The notes under the pieces were generated by a model. It had not been told where the DNA came from and did not search any database. It worked only from the letters and a program-made list of their open reading frames with translations. This document shows positions 57,159-64,000 of a stretch of DNA of 64,000 nucleotides, piece after piece. The position numbers were made by a program, and so were the translations under genes. Source of the DNA: an uncultured Rhabdochlamydiaceae bacterium (GTDB taxonomy: Bacteria; Chlamydiota; Chlamydiia; Chlamydiales; Rhabdochlamydiaceae); the NCBI GenBank assembly GCA_963712275.1, contig CAVQHD010000001.1, positions 832,001 through 896,000 on the forward strand, in the 5' to 3' direction. Within the stretch, counting starts at the first letter, position 1. Each line of letters opens with the position of its first letter.

Positions 57159-57703
57159 AGTGCACCGAGGGTGAATTTGTTACTTGGTTCAGGAGTGAAT
57201 TTTTTCTTTAGTTCAGGATAGAGCAAGCAGAGTTGCTTTGTGAGATGTGCCAAATCAAGCACAGAAACAGCTTTTTTTTCGAGGGAGGTGGTGGTTGCAA
57301 CACAGTCGGTGTGAGCAAAACGCTCCACAGAAGTGAGATAAACAAGGTGGGGGTCGGGAAGATCTTCTAGGCATGTGGAACATTCATCGACATCTTGAGA
57401 AATAGAGGAGCGGGGCTCTTCGCGGTTGAAGATTTCGGTGACTTGATTGGGATATTTGTCGGAAGCGATTCGAAACGCGTCCCATACTGCTTCAACCCAT
57501 TTTCCCGCTTGCCGCCTTTGAATAGGCGCCTGACAATTGGGACATGGTTTTTGAGATTGTGTGAGCCATTCTGCCAAACAAGCTTTGTGAACTATCTTAT
57601 AGCAGCAGACCGTGAGGATAAACTCCTTTTCATCAAGGGGAGAAGAAAACGTTTTTTGACAGGTGTAACATTGGCTAAGAGAAGATGTTGCTCTAACGCT
57701 CAT
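57140..57703 (-). CDS. RING finger protein (putative E3 ligase effector)
   Basis: AGGAGG RBS; CYTC...CCYKIVHKACLAEW...CPNCQ; second module CSTC...HTDC. Confidence 0.85.
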   Translation of the reverse strand: MSVRATSSLSQCYTCQKTFSSPLDEKEFILTVCCYKIVHKACLAEWLTQSQKPCPNCQAPIQRRQAGKWVEAVWDAFRIASDKYPNQVTEIFNREEPRSSISQDVDECSTCLEDLPDPHLVYLTSVERFAHTDCVATTTSLEKKAVSVLDLAHLTKQLCLLYPELKKKFTPEPSNKFTLGALWPFKL

Positions 57704-57771
57704 ATCAAACCTCCTGTCCACCAACTATACAATATTTAATTTTAGAAGAAATCAAAAACTTATTTTCTCGT

Positions 57772-58101
57772 AACTATTCACCTACCTCCCATTTAGAGGT
57801 AGAGAAAAAAAGATCGGGTACGGTAACGTTCACGAAAGAAGTTCCCTGGCCATTTTTATTAACATTGAAACGAAACGTCACCTTCGGGCTATATTCAGTG
57901 GTACCGATGTACCGGCCCGTTGAAATTGATCCGCTAGGTAAGTTCTGCCTCGAGGTAGGTGCTCGACAATGGTATCTATCAAAATCACCAACTCTATTGC
58001 TGTTTGATAGGGGATAAAAATTTGACTGAGTTTTCTTTCGTGAACGTTACCGTGCCCGATCTTTTTTCCTCTACCTCTAAATGGGGGGTAGGTAAATAGT
58101 T
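57772..58101. repeat. 69-bp inverted repeat enclosing a gene remnant
   Basis: 57772-57840 vs 58033-58101, four mismatches. Confidence 0.92.
57841..58032 (-). pseudogene. Four-helix-bundle protein (23S rRNA IVP / TIGR02436-like) remnant
   Basis: YQTAIELV...LPRGRTYLADQFQRAGTSVPLNIA; one extra base breaks NIAEG; then a short VSMLIKM tail. Confidence 0.8.
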
Positions 58102-58110
58102 GCATTTTCT

Positions 58111-59499
58111 CTAAAATTCTGCGTGGCCTGGGTAGCGTGGAAAAGGGATCACATCTCGGATGTTTTCCATGCCGGTAGCAAATTGCACGAGTCGCTCAAA
58201 GCCTGCGCCAAAACCTGCATGGGGAACTGTTCCAAAACGGCGGAGCTGCAAATACCAGTCATAATCGTCTAGCCGGAGCCCCTGATGAAGGATTTTATCT
58301 CGAAGGGTATCGAACCTCTCTTCCCGCTGGCTTCCTCCGATGAGCTCGCCAATTTTAGGAACGAGCACATCCATCGCTGCGACTGTTTTTTCATCGGGGT
58401 TGAGTCGCATATAAAACGATTTAATTTTCGCGGGATAGTCGGTCAAGATCACGGGTTTTTTACAATATTCTTCAGCGAGAAACCGTTCATGTTCAGACTG
58501 AAGATCGGCGCCCCAATTGACGGGAAATTCAAAGTTTTTGCCCGATTTGTTCAAGATGTCGATTGCCTCGGTATAGGTGAGTTGGGCAAAAGGAGAGGAA
58601 ACGACGTGCTCAAGGCGGGAGATCACCCCTTTTTCAATAAAAGCGTCAAAAAATTCAAGATCGGGAAGGCATCGATTGAGCACAGCTTGGATGATAAATT
58701 TAAGATAATGCTCAGCAAGCTCCATGTTGTCTTTTAGGTCGGCAAAAGCCATTTCAGGTTCGATCATCCAAAATTCGGCTAGATGACGAGAGGTATTTGA
58801 ATTTTCCGCCCGGAATGTGGGTCCGAATGTGTAGATATCGGAGAGGGCGGAGGCAAGCGCTTCTCCTTCGAGCTGTCCGGAGACGGTTAAATAGGTCGGT
58901 CGGTGGAAAAAATCTTTGGAGTAGTCGATTGATCCATCGGCGATTTTAGGGAGCTGGGAGAGGGGAAGTGAGGTGACATTGAACTGCTGTCCGCCTCCTT
59001 CGCAATCCGATCCTGTGATAATGGGGGTCTGTACGTAGAGGAATCCTTGCTGCTGAAAAAATTCATGGGAAGCAAAGGCAAGCGAGTTTCGAACCCGCTG
59101 CACGGCTCCTTGTGTGTTTGTTCGAGGCCGAAGATGCGCAATCGTTCGAAGAAATTCAAACGAGTGTTGCTTTTTTTGCAGTGGGTATTCCTCCGCCGGG
59201 CAAAGACCCAAGATCTCCACATGAGAGGCTTTGAGTTCCCATTTTTGCTTAGCTCCGGGGCTTTCCACCAAGGTTCCTTCAAATCGAACCGACGCGCCGG
59301 TGGTCAAATCCCTCAGCAGAGCCTCATACCCTGTAAGGGAGTTTTCTAAAACAACCTGAATCCCCTTCAAGGTTGATCCGTCATTAAGCTCGACGAAGGC
59401 AAAGCTTTTTTGCGACCGAACTGTGCGAACCCATCCGAAAAGAGTAACCGTTTTTCCCAGATGGTGAGAGGTGATTTGATTGATTTTAAGCCGTTTCAT
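58111..59499 (-). CDS. asnS: Asparagine--tRNA ligase
   Basis: [59 protein letters not shown]. Confidence 0.97.
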   Translation of the reverse strand: MKRLKINQITSHHLGKTVTLFGWVRTVRSQKSFAFVELNDGSTLKGIQVVLENSLTGYEALLRDLTTGASVRFEGTLVESPGAKQKWELKASHVEILGLCPAEEYPLQKKQHSFEFLRTIAHLRPRTNTQGAVQRVRNSLAFASHEFFQQQGFLYVQTPIITGSDCEGGGQQFNVTSLPLSQLPKIADGSIDYSKDFFHRPTYLTVSGQLEGEALASALSDIYTFGPTFRAENSNTSRHLAEFWMIEPEMAFADLKDNMELAEHYLKFIIQAVLNRCLPDLEFFDAFIEKGVISRLEHVVSSPFAQLTYTEAIDILNKSGKNFEFPVNWGADLQSEHERFLAEEYCKKPVILTDYPAKIKSFYMRLNPDEKTVAAMDVLVPKIGELIGGSQREERFDTLRDKILHQGLRLDDYDWYLQLRRFGTVPHAGFGAGFERLVQFATGMENIRDVIPFPRYPGHAEF

Positions 59500-60353
59500 G
59501 CAAAGTCTCTGAGAAGTTGGATTTCTTTTTTCCAGATGGAAGGTTCAGGGGTTTCAAGATATTTAGGGAGGTCGTAGAGGGCGGGATGCTCCATCATCGC
59601 TTGAAACCCTTTAAGGCCAATGAGTCCTTTTCCTAAGGAGGCATGCCGATCAACACGGGATCCTAGAGGTTTGACTGAATCGTTCACATGCAGGGCATAA
59701 AGATGTTTTAAACCGACCTGCTCATCAAATTCCTCCAGCACGGCATTCCACCCTTTCCGATCAGAAATGTCATAGCCAGCTGCAAAAAGATGGCAGGTGT
59801 CTAGGCAGACGCCGATTTTTAATTTGCGGTGGAGGCGGTGGATCAAAAATCCCAGGTGTTTAAAGGTGTGGCCAACGGATGACCCTTGACCTGCTGTTGA
59901 CTCAATCAGAAGACGGGTGGGTCCCTGGTCTACCAAAGACTCAAACATCAGGAGACTTTGGGCGATAGTCTCCAGGCACTCTTCTTCGGAGGAGTCAAGG
60001 GCAGCGCCTGGGTGAAAATTTAAAAATGTCAGTTCTAGAGCATGGCACCGCTTAATTTCTTGCTCAAACGCGTTACGGCTTTTATGCAGCCCTTCTGCGT
60101 GAGGAGAGCCTAGATTAATCAGATAGCTGTCGTGGCTCATCGGTTTTTGAATGCCTGTCTCTTCTAAGGTCTTTTTCCAAAGGGTGATTTCCTTGTCTGA
60201 AATCGTTTTTCCTCGCCATGTTTTTTGGTTGGCGGTGAAAAACTGGATGGTTGTGGCTCCAATGGCCTTTCCTTCGAGAAGCGCGTTATGGGCGCCTCCT
60301 TGAGCAGACGTATGGGCTCCAATTAAAAGTTTGTCAGCGGGTGTTTTCTTCAC
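59496..60353 (-). CDS. nfo: Endonuclease IV
   Basis: [41 protein letters not shown]; probable GTG start after AAGGA. Confidence 0.95.
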   Translation of the reverse strand: MKKTPADKLLIGAHTSAQGGAHNALLEGKAIGATTIQFFTANQKTWRGKTISDKEITLWKKTLEETGIQKPMSHDSYLINLGSPHAEGLHKSRNAFEQEIKRCHALELTFLNFHPGAALDSSEEECLETIAQSLLMFESLVDQGPTRLLIESTAGQGSSVGHTFKHLGFLIHRLHRKLKIGVCLDTCHLFAAGYDISDRKGWNAVLEEFDEQVGLKHLYALHVNDSVKPLGSRVDRHASLGKGLIGLKGFQAMMEHPALYDLPKYLETPEPSIWKKEIQLLRDFA

Positions 60354-60414
60354 AAAATCCTTTAAAAGAATGCAATTGTAGAACATAGTCAAGATCTTCT
60401 CAACGGTGTTTTTA

Positions 60415-61983
60415 ATGGAAGATGCTCCTAAAACGGTCACGCGGTCTGCGGTTCAATTTTTTTTCGGAACAATTTTAAGTCGATTCTCGGGATTTTTTCG
60501 CGAGGTTGCCTTGGGGGCGTGGCTGGGGGCAACGCCGATGCTGGCAGCCTTTTTTGTTGCGTACCGGTTTTCTCAACTCCTCAGGCGGCTCTTTGGTGAA
60601 AGTGCACTCCTGGCAAGTTTTAGCCCCCATTTTGAAGAGCTTAGGTCGCATCAGAGTGAAAAAGCGGGCCCTTTTTTTCGAGACTTGCTCGCATCGATTT
60701 CAACTGTCTTAGGAACTCTGATCCTTCTTTTGGAGGCTGCTTTATTTTCGTGGTGGAAGTGGGGCGGGGCTTCCGCTGAAACGGAAGAGATTTTGTTTTT
60801 AACAATGGTGATGCTTCCTGGAGTCTTATTTATCTGCTTGTATGCTCTTTTCAGCGCACTTTTGCAAACCGATCGAAGATATTTTCTTCCGAGCGCAGCG
60901 CCGATTTTTTTCAATGTTGTCTTTTTAATTGTTTTATGGAGCGTCAAAAACTGGGAGCCTGCGAAAGCTACCGCTGCTTTAGCAGGAGGAGTGACAGTTG
61001 CCTTTTTCATTCAATGGGGTGCAGTCGCACTATCGACAGTTCCTTTTCTTAAGCAGATTCGCTGGCATGAAGTGAAACTGTGGGCGCCAGATCTCAAAAA
61101 AATGGTCTCTTCCATGGGTCTTACCATCGTCGGCATTGGCGCTGTTCAGGTGAACGGTTTTATCGATACTCTTTTTGCACGATCGATCGATCTGATAGGT
61201 CCTGCTTATCTCTACTACGCCATCCGGCTTTATCAACTCCCCTTGGCTCTTTTTGGAATCGCTCTTTCTTCAGCGCTCATTCCACCTCTTGCGCGGGCAA
61301 GGCAGGCAGGGGAGACAGCTCATTTTCTCTCTCTCTTCCTATTTGCTGTTCGAAGGAGTTTATGCCTGATGATTCCGATAACGGCGGCGTTTTTGGTGTT
61401 TGGAGAGAGCATTGTCAATCTTGTCTATGGGCGAGGAGCATTTGATATTTTAGCGACCCTTGAGACGACGCGATGCTTATGGGGGTATAGTGTGGGGCTT
61501 GTGCCTGCTGTTTTAGTCCTTCTTCTAGCTCCTGCTTTTTATGCTCAGAAAGATTTTAAAACGCCTTTAAAAGCCTCTCTGATCTCCGTTGGGGTTAATC
61601 TCGGACTGAATTTTCTTTTTATCGAGGGGTTTAAATGGGGCCCAGCGAGTGTAGCTATGGCGACAAGCCTTGCAGCTATTGTGAATGCTGTGTATCTTTT
61701 TTCTGCGCTTGATATTGGGTCTATCCTCGATAGGAGAACAGCTTTGTTATCATTAAAAGTTATTTTTTGCACCCTCTTCTCTGCCCTTTTGACGATGATG
61801 GCCAGCTATTTTCTAGTGGGCAAAGAGCAGCTTCCTCGAGATCTCTTAGCGCAAGTCCTTCATCTCGTCGTCCATGGAGGCCTTTTTGCTCTTCTCTTTT
61901 TCTCGTACGCCTGGATGATGAAATTAGATGAGGTGTTCCAGATGATTGGAGTAAAGTCGAATGAAATATCAACTTCTGGATAG
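60415..61983 (+). CDS. murJ: Lipid II flippase MurJ
   Basis: LSRFSGFFRE, RRLFGESAL, YYA.RLYQLPLALFG, RGAF, AFYA..D.KTP. Confidence 0.95.
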   Translation: MEDAPKTVTRSAVQFFFGTILSRFSGFFREVALGAWLGATPMLAAFFVAYRFSQLLRRLFGESALLASFSPHFEELRSHQSEKAGPFFRDLLASISTVLGTLILLLEAALFSWWKWGGASAETEEILFLTMVMLPGVLFICLYALFSALLQTDRRYFLPSAAPIFFNVVFLIVLWSVKNWEPAKATAALAGGVTVAFFIQWGAVALSTVPFLKQIRWHEVKLWAPDLKKMVSSMGLTIVGIGAVQVNGFIDTLFARSIDLIGPAYLYYAIRLYQLPLALFGIALSSALIPPLARARQAGETAHFLSLFLFAVRRSLCLMIPITAAFLVFGESIVNLVYGRGAFDILATLETTRCLWGYSVGLVPAVLVLLLAPAFYAQKDFKTPLKASLISVGVNLGLNFLFIEGFKWGPASVAMATSLAAIVNAVYLFSALDIGSILDRRTALLSLKVIFCTLFSALLTMMASYFLVGKEQLPRDLLAQVLHLVVHGGLFALLFFSYAWMMKLDEVFQMIGVKSNEISTSG

Positions 61984-62779
61984 CGGGGCAGGACAAAAAC
62001 TTGAAAAGTTTGGCCCCTATACCCTTGTCCGCCCATGCTCCCAGGCGGTATGGCAGCCCATGCTTGCCCCTGCTACATGGAAAAAGATTGATGCGACGTT
62101 CACCCGGGAGCCTGCCAATCGGTGGGTTGCAAAGCCTCCGCTTCCTCCATCATGGGTTGTCGAGCACAAAGGCCTCCGTTTTAAGCTGATGCCGACAGAC
62201 TTTGGCCATGTCGGAATGTTCCCGGAACATGCCCTTTTATGGGAGTGGATGCGAGGCTATCTTTCAAAGAAATCGCGTCTGCTCAATCTATTTGCCTACA
62301 CAGGGGGAGCCACGATGGTTGCAGCTGATGCAGGGGCTGAAGTGTGCCATGTAGATGCTTCTAAAGTTGCCGTAGCATGGGCGCGGGAGAACGCCGTTTT
62401 AAATGGGCTTGAAAAAGCCCCCATTCGTTGGATTGTCGATGATGTGGTCAAGTTCTTAAAACGAGAGGTTCGCCGAGGGCATCTTTATGACGGGGTGGTT
62501 TTAGACCCTCCAACGTTTGGCCGGGGGAGCAAAGGGGAGATCTTTAAAATTGAAAAAGACCTCTCTGAAATTCTGATGCTTTGTTTTTCTCTTTTATCAA
62601 AGGAACACCCATTTGTGATTTTGTCGTCTCATACGCCGGGATATACTCCACTTGTGCTTCACCACCTTCTTCATCAGGCACGTCAAAATAAAGGAGGGCG
62701 GATTGAAATGGGAGAGCTTGTGATTCCAGGACCTCTTGAGCTGACGTCAGGCACATATGCGAGGTGGTATGCAGACTAA
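61961..62779 (+). CDS. Class I SAM-dependent methyltransferase (RlmI-like)
   Basis: Y.LLDSG...KLE.FG, HVGMFPE, LNLFAYTGG, HVDAS, LDPPTFGRG. Confidence 0.9.
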   Translation: MKYQLLDSGAGQKLEKFGPYTLVRPCSQAVWQPMLAPATWKKIDATFTREPANRWVAKPPLPPSWVVEHKGLRFKLMPTDFGHVGMFPEHALLWEWMRGYLSKKSRLLNLFAYTGGATMVAADAGAEVCHVDASKVAVAWARENAVLNGLEKAPIRWIVDDVVKFLKREVRRGHLYDGVVLDPPTFGRGSKGEIFKIEKDLSEILMLCFSLLSKEHPFVILSSHTPGYTPLVLHHLLHQARQNKGGRIEMGELVIPGPLELTSGTYARWYAD

Positions 62780-63566
62780 ACTAACAAGTGCTCAAAATCC
62801 AAAGATCAAAGAACTTCTCCGATTAAGAGAAAAAAAAGAGAGAGATGCGACCGCTCTTTTTTTAGTCGAAGGGTATCGAGAGCTCAAGCGAGCAGTCGAT
62901 GCAGGGGTCCGCTTTGAGTCGGTGTTCGTCTGCCCCAATCTTTTTTTAGGGAGCAATGAAGACAAACTCACTCAATCCATCAAGGCGCCTATCTTTGAGC
63001 TCCCCAAGCCCCTTTTTGAGAAGGTTTCGTATCGAGACCGGCCCGACGGACTCATTGGTATTGCCTATCAGATGAAAGCCTCTCTTAAAACACTCTCAAA
63101 GCCTAAGACGGCCTCTCTTTATGTCGTTGCAGAGGCAATTGAAAAGCCTGGAAATTTAGGTACCATTTTGCGCTCCTCTGATGCTGTTGGAGCAAGTGCG
63201 GTGATTGTGTGTGATCGGTGCACCGATATTTATAACCCCAATGTGGTGCGGGCAAGTGTCGGGACTCTTTTTACACTTCCTGTGGTAGAGGCAGCAGGAG
63301 ATGAAGTGATTCCGTGGTTAAAAGAAAGGGGAATCCAAATTGTTGCGGCAACCCCCTCAGCTAGCCTGAATTTCACCGAAGCTCCTTTAAGCGGATCTAT
63401 TGCAATTGCCGTCGGAACAGAGCAGCTCGGCCTTTCTCAAAAATGGCTAGAAGCTGCCACCCTCCGCGTCCGCATTCCGATGAAGGGAGTGGCCGATTCC
63501 CTCAATGTGGCGATGGCAACCACCTTGCTTCTCTACGAAGCCCTTCGGCAACGGAGCTCCCCATAA
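62769..63566 (+). CDS. TrmH/SpoU family RNA methyltransferase
   Basis: EKPGNLGTILRS, RASVG, GTEQLGL, IPM.G.ADSLNVA. Confidence 0.93.
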   Translation: MQTKLTSAQNPKIKELLRLREKKERDATALFLVEGYRELKRAVDAGVRFESVFVCPNLFLGSNEDKLTQSIKAPIFELPKPLFEKVSYRDRPDGLIGIAYQMKASLKTLSKPKTASLYVVAEAIEKPGNLGTILRSSDAVGASAVIVCDRCTDIYNPNVVRASVGTLFTLPVVEAAGDEVIPWLKERGIQIVAATPSASLNFTEAPLSGSIAIAVGTEQLGLSQKWLEAATLRVRIPMKGVADSLNVAMATTLLLYEALRQRSSP

Positions 63567-63571
63567 AACAA

Positions 63572-64000
63572 TTGAATGTTCTTCTATGCGACAACCACCT
63601 CTTGGTGGTAGAAAAGCCGGCAGATCTCTTGACACAGCCCGATTTAGCGGAGCTTGCCAAGGAATGGGTGAAAGAAAAATTCCATAAGCCAGGCCGTGTC
63701 TTTCTAGAACCTATTCATCGACTCGACCGCCCTGTTTCAGGCCTTGTGCTCTTTGCTCGCACGAGTAAAGCGCTTTCACGACTCCAGCAGCAGATGAGAG
63801 ATCGTCAGATTGAGAAAATCTATCACGCCTGGGTCGAAGGAAAGCCCCCAGAGAAAAAAGGAACGGTAACCCACCACCTCAAACATGGGTCGTTCAAAGC
63901 TGAAATTTCACCGGCGGGAAAAGAAGCGATTTTGGACTACGAAGTGATCGAACACCACCAAGGGACCTCCCATCTCCGTCTAAGGCTTCATACCGGCCGG
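63572..64000 (+). CDS. RluA-family pseudouridine synthase, truncated by the window edge
   Basis: Not in the ORF track. Manual translation: LNVLLCDNHLLVVEKPA...IHRLDRPVSGLVLFARTSKA...LHTGR. Confidence 0.88.
   Translation, partial: MNVLLCDNHLLVVEKPADLLTQPDLAELAKEWVKEKFHKPGRVFLEPIHRLDRPVSGLVLFARTSKALSRLQQQMRDRQIEKIYHAWVEGKPPEKKGTVTHHLKHGSFKAEISPAGKEAILDYEVIEHHQGTSHLRLRLHTGR

Noticed and set aside
54107..58101. Diversity-generating retroelement (Avd-like remnant plus paralog repeats)
   Set aside because: No reverse transcriptase in the window and no TR/VR pair with adenine-specific mismatches
57878..58105. 75-aa ORF as an intact gene
   Set aside because: Its N-terminus is translated repeat arm, and the four-helix-bundle part is frameshifted and deleted

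Overview
64 kb of a bacterial chromosome, most likely an environmental Chlamydiota (inferred from the kdsA-lptC-lptA-lptB block, hpf plus a lone HsdR_N gene, chlamydial-type HemA, Inc-like bilobed membrane proteins and eukaryote-like F-box/RING proteins). A housekeeping backbone (csaA, brnQ, hpf, recO, lpt genes, kdsA, dapB, khpA, rluD, recX, hemA, asnS, nfo, murJ, RNA methyltransferases, two tRNA-Arg genes) is interrupted by accessory DNA. That DNA includes a complete IS with hairpin ends, a 22.4 kb TpsA/filamentous-haemagglutinin-like gene (7452 aa) with layered internal repeats, two probable effector islands, several palindromic or MITE-like elements and two pseudogenes. The strongest unannotated signal is a structured brnQ leader: a 31-codon uORF whose Leu-Val-Ile codons can base-pair with the brnQ Shine-Dalgarno, a candidate branched-chain-amino-acid translational attenuator. 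Other highlights are an expanded family II pyrophosphatase, tandem RING plus half-RING proteins, and a four-helix-bundle remnant enclosed in a 69-bp inverted repeat. All calls come from reading the sequence by eye; no searches or folding programs were run.
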